Shown here in pieces: positions 37,595 through 48,342 of a DNA stretch of 64,000 nucleotides. The position numbers and the translations under genes were made by a program. This stretch comes from Rhodothermales bacterium. GTDB taxonomy: Bacteria; Bacteroidota; Rhodothermia; Rhodothermales; VXPQ01. The stretch is taken from the NCBI GenBank assembly GCA_040904565.1, contig JBBDTI010000031.1, forward strand, positions 39,056 through 103,055. The letters are read 5' to 3'. Under the pieces are notes generated by a model. It saw only the letters and a list, made by a program, of their open reading frames with translations. It made no database searches and was not told where the DNA came from. The first letter of the stretch is position 1; each line of letters starts with the position of its first letter.

Positions 37595-38374
37595 ATGGCT
37601 CGATTGTCCAATCGACGCATGAAGGAAGTTCGGTCCCTCGGCCAGAAAAAGTATCGTGACCGGTACGGAGAGACGATCGTTGAGGGCGTGCGAGCCGTGG
37701 AATCCGCGCTGGATGCCGGAGCGGCCATCCGGGACGTACTCGTAACGGCCGACCTGCGGCGGGACGATCGGCTGGCTCCCCGGCTGGACGCGTTGGGCGA
37801 TCGCGTGCACGTCGTCGACGAATCGGACATCGGTGGCGTCGCTACGGTTGAATCCAGCCAGGGCATCCTGGCCGTCGTTGCCGTAGAACGGCTCGACGCG
37901 GATCGGCTGGCGGACTGCGAGCGCGTCCTGGCGCTCGACCGTCTCCGCGATCCGGGCAACGCGGGGACCCTCGTTCGGTCGGCGGCGTGGTTCGGCGTGG
38001 ATGCGATCGTTACGGGTCGAGGGACGGTCGACCTGTATAATCCCAAGGTGGTGCGCTCGGCGATGGGCGGACTCTGGGATGTCGCGCACGCCGAGGTTAC
38101 CGACGTGGTAGACACCCTGCGCGATCTCCAGGAAGCCGGCTTCACCGTCTACGGCGCGGATATGTCGGGGACGGCGGTCGAAGCGTGGATGCCCGTCGTG
38201 CCTTCGGTGCTCGTGCTGGGCAGCGAGGCGCACGGACTCTCGGACGGCGTCGAGCGTGCCGTCGTCGAACGCATCGTCATCCCGGGACGCCCTCGCCGCG
38301 GAGCGACGGAATCGTTGAACGTCGCCGTCGCGGCCGGCATCCTGATGCACGCGTGGACCACGGAGCAGCGATAG
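37595..38374 (+). CDS. TrmH/SpoU family RNA methyltransferase
   Basis: DPGNAGTLVRSA, YNPKVVRSAMG, LGSEAHG, ESLNVAVAAGI. Confidence 0.93.
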   Translation: MARLSNRRMKEVRSLGQKKYRDRYGETIVEGVRAVESALDAGAAIRDVLVTADLRRDDRLAPRLDALGDRVHVVDESDIGGVATVESSQGILAVVAVERLDADRLADCERVLALDRLRDPGNAGTLVRSAAWFGVDAIVTGRGTVDLYNPKVVRSAMGGLWDVAHAEVTDVVDTLRDLQEAGFTVYGADMSGTAVEAWMPVVPSVLVLGSEAHGLSDGVERAVVERIVIPGRPRRGATESLNVAVAAGILMHAWTTEQR

Positions 38375-38468
38375 GAGCGGTGAACTCGGCCGGAGGCACC
38401 GGGGTGAGATCAGGCCGCGCAAATACGCTGGTGGCTAACGCCTATATTTCAGGTCCGTACCCCGCAAC

Positions 38469-39707
38469 ATGGTCACGATGTCACAGATGGAAATTCCTTC
38501 GCTCCAGGGCCTGAGTATTGACCCCGGACTCATGACGATGGAGAAGCCGGCGTCGCTGGGCGAACAGCACACCTCGCTGCGAATCGGCGTGCCCTGCGAA
38601 GTCTCCAACGAAGAACGGCGCGTGGCGATCGCACCGATCGGCGTCGCCGGTCTCGTCGCGAACGGCCACGAAGTCTACGTCGAGAAGTCGGCCGGATGGC
38701 AGGCTCATTTCCGCGACGACGAATATGCTGAATTGGGCGGTGAGATCGTGGACTCGCCGGCAGATCTTTACAGCAAGTGCAATCTGATCGCGAAAGTGGG
38801 TCCGCCTGCGGGAGACGAGCTCGACCTGTTGCAGGAGAAGCAGATCCTCATCTCCGCCCTTCACCTGGGCCACACGACTAAAGAGTTTCTGGGCCGATTG
38901 ATGGAGCTGCGGATTACGGCCATCGGATTTGAGTTCATTCGGGATCCCGACGGCACCCTCCCGATCGTCCGCATGATGCACGAGATCATGGGCTCGATGT
39001 CCGTGCAGATCGCCGCCCGCTATCTGGAGAGCGGAGAAGGAGGTAAGGGTATCATGCTGGGAGGCATTTCCGGCGTACCGCCTTCGACGGTCGTCATTCT
39101 CGGAGCCGGAGTCGTAGGAGAATGGGCCGCCCGGACGGCCCTCGGGTACGGAGCGCACGTCATCGTCCTCGACACGGATCTGAGCGCGCTGCGCGGCATG
39201 GAGCATTACCTGGATCGGCGCATCACGACGGCGATGGCGTCGCCGCAGTATCTGCGACGAGCCGTGTTGACGGCCGACGTCGTCATCGGTGCGATCATGT
39301 CGGACGGTGCCCGCTCTCCCATGCTCGTCACGGAAGACATGGTCGAGTCGATGCGGCCCGGAACGGTCATCGTCGATGCCGTGATCGATCAGGGCGGCTG
39401 CATCGAAACCAGCCGGCCGACGACGCATTCGGAGCCGACCTTTCGAGCGCACGACGTCATTCATTACTGCGTCCCCAACATGCCTTCAAACGCAGCTCGC
39501 ACGGCGACCTATGCATTGACGAACGTCCTGGTGCCGTATCTCGTACAGATCGGGGAGGTGGGGTCGATCAATGAGGCCCTCTGGCGGAATGTCGGACTGC
39601 GAAACGGCACGTACGTCTATCGCAGGCACCTGACCAAGAAAAGTCTCGCCACGATGTTCGGAATGCCGCACCGCGACATCGAGTTGCTGATCGCATCGGG
39701 CATCTAG
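38469..39707 (+). CDS. ald: Alanine dehydrogenase
   Basis: IGVP.E...E.RVA, GAGVVG, IDQGGCIETS.PTTH, HYCVPNMP; start may be 38478. Confidence 0.88.
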   Translation: MVTMSQMEIPSLQGLSIDPGLMTMEKPASLGEQHTSLRIGVPCEVSNEERRVAIAPIGVAGLVANGHEVYVEKSAGWQAHFRDDEYAELGGEIVDSPADLYSKCNLIAKVGPPAGDELDLLQEKQILISALHLGHTTKEFLGRLMELRITAIGFEFIRDPDGTLPIVRMMHEIMGSMSVQIAARYLESGEGGKGIMLGGISGVPPSTVVILGAGVVGEWAARTALGYGAHVIVLDTDLSALRGMEHYLDRRITTAMASPQYLRRAVLTADVVIGAIMSDGARSPMLVTEDMVESMRPGTVIVDAVIDQGGCIETSRPTTHSEPTFRAHDVIHYCVPNMPSNAARTATYALTNVLVPYLVQIGEVGSINEALWRNVGLRNGTYVYRRHLTKKSLATMFGMPHRDIELLIASGI

Positions 39708-39923
39708 CTCCATTCCCGTTGCTGTCGCGTAAATCCATCCCTTGCCGCGGAAGCCTGTTTCGATCGTCCTGAGATCCGCCGCCGCGCGCTCGCTTCTCTG
39801 GAGTCTATTCTGTTATTTACATCGCGGTTTGCCCTGTTGTGCATCTCTCGGCCGAAGCGTGGGCGGCGGCCGGTGATGAGGGTTACGAAACATAGCTGAC
39901 TTTCTACCGACACTTGGAGACTC

Positions 39924-41090
39924 ATGAGAATAGGTGTGCTTACAGGGGGAGGCGACGTCCCCGGCCTCAATCCATGCATCAAGGCAATTGTTCTTCGCGC
40001 CATCGAGCAGGGGCACGACGTGATAGGCCTTCGAAGGGGATGGGGCGGCCTCTTGTGGATCGATCGTGACGATCCGTCTGCGCGCGAGAAATATACGATG
40101 GATCTCAATGCACGCTCGGTCCGCACGATCGATCGAACCGGCGGTACGGTGCTCCATACGAGCCGCGTCAATCCGAGCCGCGTCGCTCCGGATGCCGTAC
40201 CTGAATTCCTGCGGGATCCCGAACATCTGAAGGCGGAATCTGAAGATCCTCGTCCGCGCGACTTTACGGCGCACGTCTTAAAGAATCTGGAGCATCTCGG
40301 CATCGACACGCTGATACCGATCGGAGGTGACGATACGCTCAGCTACGGCGAGCGGCTGCACCGGGAAGGCTTTCCGGTCGTGGCCATTCCGAAGACGATG
40401 GACAACGACGTATACGGTACGGACTACTGCATCGGCTTCGGGACCGCCGTCACGCGCAGCGTCAAATTCATCCATCAGCTGCGTACGAGTGCCGGGTCGC
40501 ACGAGCGCATTGCGGTGATCGAGCTCTTCGGCCGTAATTCCGGTGAGACGAGCCTGATCAGCTCGTATCTTTCCGGCGTCGATCGCGCCATCATCTCCGA
40601 AGTGCCGTTCGACCCGGAGAAGCTGGCGGATCTGATCATGACGGACAAGACGGCCAACCCGAGCAACTACGCGATGGTCACCATCAGTGAGGGAGCCCAC
40701 ATGGTCGGCGGGAAGGTCATCGAATATGGCGAGACGGATCCGTACGGGCACCGCAAGCTCGGCGGAATCGGCCAGATTACGGGTGAGGCGCTCAAGAACC
40801 TCACCGGTGAGAACATCATCTATCAGCAGGTGGCGTACCTCATGCGCTCGGGCGCACCGGATGCGCTGGACCTGATGGTAGGCGTCAACTTCGCCAACAT
40901 GGCGATGGACGTGATCGAGAAGAAGGAAAGCGGCCGTATGGTCTCGTTGACTGATGGGACGTATACACACATTCCGATGAACGAGGTTACGAGCGGGCTC
41001 AAGCGCGTTGACGTGGATGAACTTTATGACGTCGATGAGTATCGACCGAAGGTCCACCACGTTATGGATAAACCGATGTTCTTGTACTGA
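39924..41090 (+). CDS. pfkA: 6-phosphofructokinase (PfkA family, likely PPi-dependent)
   Basis: [37 protein letters not shown]. Confidence 0.92.
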   Translation: MRIGVLTGGGDVPGLNPCIKAIVLRAIEQGHDVIGLRRGWGGLLWIDRDDPSAREKYTMDLNARSVRTIDRTGGTVLHTSRVNPSRVAPDAVPEFLRDPEHLKAESEDPRPRDFTAHVLKNLEHLGIDTLIPIGGDDTLSYGERLHREGFPVVAIPKTMDNDVYGTDYCIGFGTAVTRSVKFIHQLRTSAGSHERIAVIELFGRNSGETSLISSYLSGVDRAIISEVPFDPEKLADLIMTDKTANPSNYAMVTISEGAHMVGGKVIEYGETDPYGHRKLGGIGQITGEALKNLTGENIIYQQVAYLMRSGAPDALDLMVGVNFANMAMDVIEKKESGRMVSLTDGTYTHIPMNEVTSGLKRVDVDELYDVDEYRPKVHHVMDKPMFLY

Positions 41091-41179
41091 CGGCAGCCGG
41101 ATCCCGCCGGGTCGCCACTGCGTTTCTTTTGCGTTCGTCTCGCCGCCCCTACGCCCACTCCACAAATCATCGGGCCGCC

Positions 41180-41401
41180 ATGACACACGGGACCGTGATT
41201 ACATACGACTCGGCTCAGTCATCCGGATACATCCAACCGGACAATGACGACGAGCGGGTTCCGTTCGATCGTGATTCGCTCGTCAACTATCCTGACGACG
41301 AAACGCCGACCGCCGGCGACCGCGTCCGATTCAATGTTGAGGGTGGCCTAGTCGGCCTCTGGGCGACCCACGTAGAACGATTGACAACATCAACCGAGTA
41401 G
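41180..41401 (+). CDS. Small cold-shock-domain-like protein
   Basis: GTV..Y.....GYI.PD, GDRVRFNVE...G..A..V pattern. Confidence 0.65.
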   Translation: MTHGTVITYDSAQSSGYIQPDNDDERVPFDRDSLVNYPDDETPTAGDRVRFNVEGGLVGLWATHVERLTTSTE

Positions 41402-41488
41402 CAAGCCGAGGCCGTTCGCACGCGGCGAGCATAGCCGTTTAACCACGATCATTTGAATAAGACGAGTCCCTGGAGGGAGTTAGGAATC

Positions 41489-42265
41489 TTGAATCAGCTA
41501 GTAAAGGACAAAGTCATCCTCGTAACCGGTTCCACGACGGGCATCGGTGAATTTGTCGCCCGGCGCGTCGTAGCCGAGGGAGGCCGGGTGATGGTCCACG
41601 GCCGAAGCGAGCCGCGGGCCGCCGAGATAGTCGAAGAGCTGGGTGATGCCGCCGCCTACACGCTGGGGGATCTTCAGGATCCGGACGTTGCCGGCCGGCT
41701 CGTCGACGCCACGGTCGACCGTTTCGGACGACTGGACGGCCTCGTCAACAATGCGGCACTTCTGACCCGGTCAAATCTGGATGATACCGACGTGGAACTC
41801 TTCGATCGTCTCGTCGCCGTCAATCTCCGGGCGCCGATGCTCCTCACGAAGGCGGCCGTGGACCAGTTTCGCTCGCAGGGCGGCGGGGTGATCGTCAACG
41901 TCGGTTCTATCAACGCCCTCGGCGGCGAGCGCAACCTGCTCGTCTATTCGATGACCAAAGGCGGGATGCAGACCATGACGCGCAATCTATCGTCGTATCT
42001 CGTGCACGAAGGCATCCGCATCAATCAGATCAACGTGGGGTGGACGTTGACGGACAACGAGAAGGAGATCAAGATCCAGGACGGACTGGAAGACGGATGG
42101 TGGGAGAACATCCCGCCTGCGCACGCGCCGTCAGGTCGCATCTTCTCACCGGAAGAAGTCGCCGCACACGTCGTGTTCTGGCTCTCCGATGAAGCGGGCC
42201 CCGTCAACGGCTCCGTCTTCGAGATCGAACAGTTTCCGATGGTCGGGCAAAACGCATCCAAATAG
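41489..42265 (+). CDS. SDR family oxidoreductase
   Basis: TGSTTGIG, NNAA, YSMTK; TTG start inferred. Confidence 0.92.
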   Translation: MNQLVKDKVILVTGSTTGIGEFVARRVVAEGGRVMVHGRSEPRAAEIVEELGDAAAYTLGDLQDPDVAGRLVDATVDRFGRLDGLVNNAALLTRSNLDDTDVELFDRLVAVNLRAPMLLTKAAVDQFRSQGGGVIVNVGSINALGGERNLLVYSMTKGGMQTMTRNLSSYLVHEGIRINQINVGWTLTDNEKEIKIQDGLEDGWWENIPPAHAPSGRIFSPEEVAAHVVFWLSDEAGPVNGSVFEIEQFPMVGQNASK

Positions 42266-42273
42266 TACCGGGG

Positions 42274-42936
42274 ATGAGTATCGAGCTGGCCGGCAGGGAG
42301 GTCGAACTGGACGGGCGAGAGGTGCGCGTTGTGGGATGCCTCATCGAAAAGGAGTTGAGCACGCCGGACTACTATCCGATGACGGTGAATGCGCTGACGG
42401 CTGCGTGCAACCAGAAGACGAATCGCGAGCCGGTAGTAGCGTATTCGGAGTCCGAAGTCAGAGATACGCTCGATCAACTTCAGCGAAACCGGCTGGTGGG
42501 CTCCGCTTCGAGTCCGCATGCGAGAACCGGCAAATATCGTCATGCGCTGGCGGAGATGCTGGATCTCGCGGAATCGCATCTCGCCATACTATCGTCGCTC
42601 ATGCTGCGGGGGCCGCAGACGGCCGGAGAGCTCCGTTTGAGAACGAGCCGCATGCACGCGTTCGAATCACTGGAAGCGGTCGATGCCGTACTGGACGAGC
42701 TGGCGGCGCGCGACCCATCCCTTGTCGCCGAGCTTCCCGTGCGCCCGGGGCAGAAAGAAGCGAGATTCATCCACCTGTTTTCCGGACGGGACGAAATCGA
42801 GCGCGAGCTCCAGCCGACGGACGCTCGTGACGATGGCGGGCGTATCGAAGAGCTGGCGCGAGACCTCGATGAGCTTCGGGAATCGGTCTCCCGGCTGGAG
42901 GATGAGTTACGAGCGTTCAAGAAACAATTCGAGTAG
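42274..42936 (+). CDS. YceH / DUF480 family protein
   Basis: LIEK..TPDYYPMT.NAL..ACNQKTNR.PV, LMLRGPQT.GEL. Confidence 0.92.
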   Translation: MSIELAGREVELDGREVRVVGCLIEKELSTPDYYPMTVNALTAACNQKTNREPVVAYSESEVRDTLDQLQRNRLVGSASSPHARTGKYRHALAEMLDLAESHLAILSSLMLRGPQTAGELRLRTSRMHAFESLEAVDAVLDELAARDPSLVAELPVRPGQKEARFIHLFSGRDEIERELQPTDARDDGGRIEELARDLDELRESVSRLEDELRAFKKQFE

Positions 42937-42990
42937 AATGCCCACGACGACGGGCGCGCGTAGGCCGAGTGGCGGTGCCGGAGAAGGCAA

Positions 42991-43488
42991 ATGAGAGTCA
43001 AGATATTTACGACCGGCGGGACGATCGACAAGACGTACTTCGACGCGCGAAGCGAGTACGAGGTGGGAGAACCTCAGATCGTCGACATCCTCAAGATCGC
43101 GAACGTCGGCGTCGACTACGAGATCGAGATCCTCATGCGCAAGGACAGCCTGGACCTGACGGAAAACGATCGCGAGCTGATCGGACGCCATGTCGAAGAA
43201 GAGCCGTGCCGCAACGTGCTGATTACGCACGGTACGGACACGATGGTCGCGACCGCCGGACGACTCACGGCGGTGCCCGACAAGACGATCGTGCTGGTCG
43301 GTTCTCTATCGCCGGCCCGCTTTAAGAACAGCGATGCCGAGTTCAATATCGGGTTTGCATTCGCTGCCGTCCAGACGCTGGCTCCCGGCGTCTATATCGC
43401 GATGAACGGACAGGTCTTCCCGGCCACGCGCGTTCGGAAGAACCGCGAACGAAATCGATTTGAGATCGCGGCCGGCGATACGGACTGA
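42991..43488 (+). CDS. Short asparaginase-domain protein
   Basis: TTGGTIDK, KDSL, ITHGTDTM, SDAEFN. Confidence 0.88.
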   Translation: MRVKIFTTGGTIDKTYFDARSEYEVGEPQIVDILKIANVGVDYEIEILMRKDSLDLTENDRELIGRHVEEEPCRNVLITHGTDTMVATAGRLTAVPDKTIVLVGSLSPARFKNSDAEFNIGFAFAAVQTLAPGVYIAMNGQVFPATRVRKNRERNRFEIAAGDTD

Positions 43489-43552
43489 TGCCTCGTGACG
43501 TACCTCGCGTTTACGTGAACGTAGACGTGCGTCACAAAACACCAGTCGAACG

Positions 43553-43825
43553 CTACGGCTTCTCCGTCGCCACGAAGTCCGCCCGCTCGCCCGCGGGCGT
43601 AGACGTTATATTCGTGATTTCCACGCTGAAAGTCTTCTCCTTCTCTCGACTGCGATCGTACAGGATGCCACTGAACGTGACTTCGTCATCCTCATCGATA
43701 TTGGAGATGTTCTCACCGAAGAAAACGCCCTGATACTTCTTTCCGAAAACGGTTTTCTTCGAGAAAGAAAAGCCCTCTCCTTCGATATCTTCGAGCGTGG
43801 CGTCGTGGAGGTCGTAGAGACTCAT
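43553..43825 (-). CDS. Small acidic hypothetical protein
   Basis: Protein-like composition, GC3-biased codons (MSLYDLHDATLEDIEGEGF...). Confidence 0.7.
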   Translation of the reverse strand: MSLYDLHDATLEDIEGEGFSFSKKTVFGKKYQGVFFGENISNIDEDDEVTFSGILYDRSREKEKTFSVEITNITSTPAGERADFVATEKP

Positions 43826-44361
43826 GCTACCGGTATCATTCGTTCGACTCACGTACAGGTCGCGGGTGCAGACGCGTCGCCGTTGCCCGCGCTAATCATT
43901 TCTTGTATGCACTTCTCTGTCTCAATGGTCCGGTTATCGGTACGACGTCGTGCACCATTGACGTTCGGTGAAAGAGCGTCGGCCGGACTTTTCAGGCACC
44001 GCCCCAGACGGTCAATCGGAAATTGATGCCGCCAATCGATCGAAAACCGTCGCAACATGAGACGATCCATCATGCGCGTCCCCTGCGGCACGGTAGCTGA
44101 AAGACGGTCTCGGCCCGCGTGAAGGCGACGAGTGTCGGGGTGCGTTGATGAGTCGATCTTCCGTAAGTCCTTGCTTAACAACGTGTTTTGTTTGGTGGCG
44201 GCGCGCTGGTTGCGGCGAAATGTCCGGTCGTGGTGACGTGCTGCCTACGCGTGCACCCAAACATGGTATGAAGATTGTATGACGGATACTGTGGCAAACG
44301 GAGTCGTCGATTCATTAGAATTTGAGCGTCGAAATGGGCGGAAGCTACGGAGTGCTGATTC

Positions 44362-46083
44362 ATGGGTAACAGCTACAGTACGTTGTATCGACAGTCGATG
44401 GGCCTGTTATCCAGGCCGAAGTACGTCGTCGATCGAGTTCGAAGGGTCGCCGGAGATGCACAGGTTGCATCCAGCTTGACGAGGAGCCGGGTGCAGCTCT
44501 CGAGGCTGGTCCTGCTTGCGATGGTCGTCCTGTTCCTCGCGTTCAGTGCAGTGCTGTACGTGACGGATGTAAACGGTGTGCGAGCGTTCTGGCCCGAGGT
44601 CATCCTCGTCGTTAGCCAGTTCGCCGCACTGGCCGCGTCGTACACCGTCCCTTTCGTACGCCGTTTCATCAGCGACCTCATTCGCGCATTCTGCTTCATG
44701 ACGGCCGCCCTTTTCGTGATGCTCGCGGCGGCCAACGGATTCGGTTCCAACTATGCTCTTGGACTTCTCTTCGTCATTCCCGGCCTTGGAGCCGGATACG
44801 GTGCCGTTACGCGCTCTCCACGGTCGCTTGCGACGTTCTTCGGCATCGTGTGCGTAGGGGCGATAAGTGCATGCCTTCTTACAGCGGGTGCTACGGCAAG
44901 CACGGTCCTGTTTACGATCTCCCTCGTGTGCATCTCCGTGCTGACTTTGTTTGTCGCCGCCGGCTGGCTCAACGCCCGCGAGCGGTATCTGGCCAGTGAG
45001 GAGCGCTACCGGGCCGTCGTCGAGGAGGCCTCGGATGGTATCTTCATGCTCGACCCCGATACGTTCGACGTCCTCGACGCTAACCGCGCCTTCTGCGAGA
45101 TGCTCGCCGTGTCGCGCGCCGACCTGAGATCGGTTCGGATCAGTGACTATTTCGAGCGTACGTGCGGCATGGATCAGGGGGAGCGTTCGCTGTTTGACAG
45201 GGCCGCGAACAGGGTAGAATGTGTCATCCATCGGTCGGACGGATCGAACTTATTCGGAGATCTGAAGATCGACCGGATACGCCACGAGGGCGGAGACGTG
45301 TTGAGCGTCGTCGTGCACGACGTTACCTCCCATAAGGAACATGAGGAACGACTTCGGAAGGCTAAGGAGGGGGCGGAAGAAATTGCCCGCTTTAAGTCGG
45401 CACTGCTCGCCAACATGAGCCACGAGATTCGTACGCCGCTGAGCAGTATACTCGGTTGGACGTCCGTGTTGGGCAAGGAGGTGACCGACGAGCAGCGGGA
45501 GGTGGTTCGACTCATCGAACGAAGTGGAAAGCGGTTGCACAACACGCTGGATTCCGTGTTGGAGCTGGCGCACCTGCAGGCCAACGTCAAGAAGGTGTCG
45601 CCCGTTCGCTTCGATCTGCGGGAGACGGTCCGACAGGCGGCCGAGCGGTCACGGCCGGAGATCCAGCAAAAGGGACTTGCATTGACGATCGGTGGCAACG
45701 ACGATCCAATGTGGGTCGAGTCGGACCCCGCTTGTCTTCAGCGTGTACTCATGCACCTGCTCGACAATGCAGTGAAGTTTACGCACGCCGGCCGCATTTC
45801 CGTCAAGACGGAGCGCCGCGGCGCGGAGATCGCGGTGTCCGTGACGGATACGGGCATCGGTATCGCGGAGGATTTCATACCCGCCGCCTTCGACGAATTC
45901 AGGCAGCAGTCGGTCGGACTACGGCGTGCGCACGAGGGGAATGGTCTGGGCCTGTCGCTCGCGCGCCGGCTGACGGACCTCCTGGGCGGTCGGGTGAACG
46001 TAGAGTCCGAACAGGGTGTCGGGACGACGATTACGGTGTATCTTCCGGCAGGCATGCTGTCCTCCCGGCGCCTCTGCGCCTGA
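44362..46083 (+). CDS. Membrane PAS-domain sensor histidine kinase
   Basis: TM region, PAS, H-box NMSHEIRTPL, N-box DNAVKFT, DTGIG, GNGLGL; no adjacent response regulator. Confidence 0.92.
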   Translation: MGNSYSTLYRQSMGLLSRPKYVVDRVRRVAGDAQVASSLTRSRVQLSRLVLLAMVVLFLAFSAVLYVTDVNGVRAFWPEVILVVSQFAALAASYTVPFVRRFISDLIRAFCFMTAALFVMLAAANGFGSNYALGLLFVIPGLGAGYGAVTRSPRSLATFFGIVCVGAISACLLTAGATASTVLFTISLVCISVLTLFVAAGWLNARERYLASEERYRAVVEEASDGIFMLDPDTFDVLDANRAFCEMLAVSRADLRSVRISDYFERTCGMDQGERSLFDRAANRVECVIHRSDGSNLFGDLKIDRIRHEGGDVLSVVVHDVTSHKEHEERLRKAKEGAEEIARFKSALLANMSHEIRTPLSSILGWTSVLGKEVTDEQREVVRLIERSGKRLHNTLDSVLELAHLQANVKKVSPVRFDLRETVRQAAERSRPEIQQKGLALTIGGNDDPMWVESDPACLQRVLMHLLDNAVKFTHAGRISVKTERRGAEIAVSVTDTGIGIAEDFIPAAFDEFRQQSVGLRRAHEGNGLGLSLARRLTDLLGGRVNVESEQGVGTTITVYLPAGMLSSRRLCA

Positions 46084-46122
46084 TCGGATGCCGTTACCTC
46101 ATCAATTGTCCGCTCTGACGCG

Positions 46123-46962
46123 ATGCTTCCAACCGTGGCGGCCGCCTTTCGACTCGTTCGGCCGCTCAACATCACCATTATCCTGGCCGGTGTAGCGGCA
46201 GGAGTGATTCTTTCCAACGGATCGGTCGTGCTTCCCGCGGAGATTCTGGCTGCCGGCGGACTCGCGGCGGCGGCGGCCGTGCTTGTAGCCGCCGGTGGGA
46301 ATGCCCTCAACGATGTCGTTGACCTGCAGATCGATGCCGTCCACAAGGCGGATCGTCCACTCCCATCGGGACGCATCTCCATCCGGGCTGCCCGCCTGGT
46401 CTGGATGCTGACGACTCTGGCGGGAGTGCTGCTGGGCGCGATCGTTTCGGGACTGCACCTGGGCCTGGCCATCCTGGCCGCCGTCCTGCTCTACGTCTAC
46501 AGCACGAAGCTCAAGGGGCGGCCGTTTCTGGGCAACGCTACCGTGGCTTTCGTCGTCGGACTGGCCCTCCTCTACGGAGGCCTGGTTGCGGCATCTCCCG
46601 AGCACGCCGTCGTGGGTGCCGTGTTTGCGTTTCTTACGACGTTCTCCCGCGAGGTGATCAAAGACGTAGAAGACATGGAAGCGGATGCTTCGGCCGGACT
46701 CCGAACCGCACCTGTCGTGTACGGCGTCGCCGTTGCACGTTACGTTTCCGTGGGGGGTGTACTGCTCACCGTGCTGCTCACGCCGATACCTTTTCTCTGG
46801 ATGGATTACGGCCCGCTGTTTCTTTTACTTGTGCTTCTGGCGGACCTCCTGCTGCTTCGATGCGTCTGGATTTCCCCCGACCGTCCAGAGGACGCGGCGG
46901 CGGCGAGTGCCTGGCTGAAATGGGGGATGGTCGTAGGCATTGCGGCGCTCATTGCGGCATGA
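46123..46962 (+). CDS. UbiA-family prenyltransferase, DGGGP synthase-like
   Basis: NDVVDLQID..HK.DRPLPSG, YS..LK, REVIKDVEDMEAD. Confidence 0.85.
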   Translation: MLPTVAAAFRLVRPLNITIILAGVAAGVILSNGSVVLPAEILAAGGLAAAAAVLVAAGGNALNDVVDLQIDAVHKADRPLPSGRISIRAARLVWMLTTLAGVLLGAIVSGLHLGLAILAAVLLYVYSTKLKGRPFLGNATVAFVVGLALLYGGLVAASPEHAVVGAVFAFLTTFSREVIKDVEDMEADASAGLRTAPVVYGVAVARYVSVGGVLLTVLLTPIPFLWMDYGPLFLLLVLLADLLLLRCVWISPDRPEDAAAASAWLKWGMVVGIAALIAA

Positions 46963-47041
46963 CGATCCTATTGGATCGGTCTGCGTTCCACCGGCGGAAC
47001 GTGCTCCATACCCATCTGCTCTTCTTCACGCGTATCTACCC

Positions 47042-48265
47042 ATGACGACCTACGACGTGATCGTCGCCGGTGCCGGCCCGGGAGGAGCCACGGCGGCCGC
47101 CGTAGCCGCCCGAGCGGGATTGCGAGTCCTCCTTGTGGATCGTGCGCGGTTTCCGCGCGACAAGGTTTGCGGTGACGCGCTGAGCGGTAAGACGGTTGAT
47201 GTAATGAATAGACTCGGGATCACGGATGCCGTCGCGACGGCATCTTCCGTCGATTCATGGGGCGTCCTGTTCGGGAGTCCGGGTGGCAGCGAAGTCGTCA
47301 TTCCGTTTGCGGAGCCGAACGACGAGATGGATCCACCCGGATACCTTTGCGCCCGCGAGATCTTCGACGAACTCGTAGTGCAGTGTGCCGTGGAGGAAGG
47401 CGCGGATCTGTGCGAGCAGACCGTGGTAGAGGGACTCATCCGGTCGGGAGAGCGCGTGACGGGGGTTCGATTGCGCGAGGGCACGTCGCGCCGCGACGAA
47501 CACGCTCGAGTCGTCATCGGCGCCGACGGTGCATATTCGGCCGTGGCACGGGCCCTTGGCTTCGTACAGCTGGATGCGCGGCATTACTACGCGGGCGTTC
47601 GAGGCTATTACCGCGGGGTGACCGGCTTCCGCCCGGGCAACGTGATCGAGCTGCACTTTGTGGAGGAGGCTATTCCGGGCTACTTCTGGATTTTTCCGAT
47701 GGCTGACGGCATGGTAAACGTCGGCATGGGCACGCTGAGCGCGCGCATCAAGCGGAAGGACGTCAGGCTCAAAGAAGTGCTCCGGACCACGGTGGAAAGT
47801 CCGCGCTTCCGGGCCCGTTTCGAACGGTCGGAACGGATCGGCCCCGTACGTGGATGGGGCATGCCGCTGGGTTCGTCGCCGCGCCCGATGGCCGGCGCCG
47901 GATGGATGCTCGTCGGCGACGCTGCCAGTCTGATCGATCCGTTTACGGGGGAGGGGATCGGTAATGCCATGCTCTCGGGCGAGATGGCGGGCAGATGGGC
48001 CGCGCGAGCCCGGGAGGCGGATGACGCGAGCGCTGCGTTCCTTCAATCGTATGAACGTGACGTTCACCGAGCCCTCGATGCGGAATTACGGCTCAGCTAT
48101 ACGCTGCGCCGCCTCGAACGATGGCGGTGGCTTCTCGATACCGTCATCCGAAAGGCGGAACGTAATCCGGAGGTCGCGTGGACCATCAGCAGCATGTTTA
48201 ACGATCTCGGCGCACGCGAGCGTCTGACCTCTCCCTTATTTTATCTCCGATTATTGATGTCCTGA
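47042..48265 (+). CDS. Geranylgeranyl reductase family FAD oxidoreductase
   Basis: GAGPGG, FPRDKVCGD, GADG..S, GYFWIFP, GDAA..IDPFTGEGI. Confidence 0.88.
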   Translation: MTTYDVIVAGAGPGGATAAAVAARAGLRVLLVDRARFPRDKVCGDALSGKTVDVMNRLGITDAVATASSVDSWGVLFGSPGGSEVVIPFAEPNDEMDPPGYLCAREIFDELVVQCAVEEGADLCEQTVVEGLIRSGERVTGVRLREGTSRRDEHARVVIGADGAYSAVARALGFVQLDARHYYAGVRGYYRGVTGFRPGNVIELHFVEEAIPGYFWIFPMADGMVNVGMGTLSARIKRKDVRLKEVLRTTVESPRFRARFERSERIGPVRGWGMPLGSSPRPMAGAGWMLVGDAASLIDPFTGEGIGNAMLSGEMAGRWAARAREADDASAAFLQSYERDVHRALDAELRLSYTLRRLERWRWLLDTVIRKAERNPEVAWTISSMFNDLGARERLTSPLFYLRLLMS

Positions 48266-48342
48266 CGAGGTCCAGGCCGGCGGATGCTCCGCCTGTGCCA
48301 TGAGGCCTCGGTGGAACGATCAGACCGCCTCTTCGCCGCTCG

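Noticed and set aside
43826-44361. 535-nt divergent spacer as a possible ncRNA
   Set aside because: No tetraloop hairpins or terminator seen; only an imperfect IHF-like site near 44164, consistent with a promoter region
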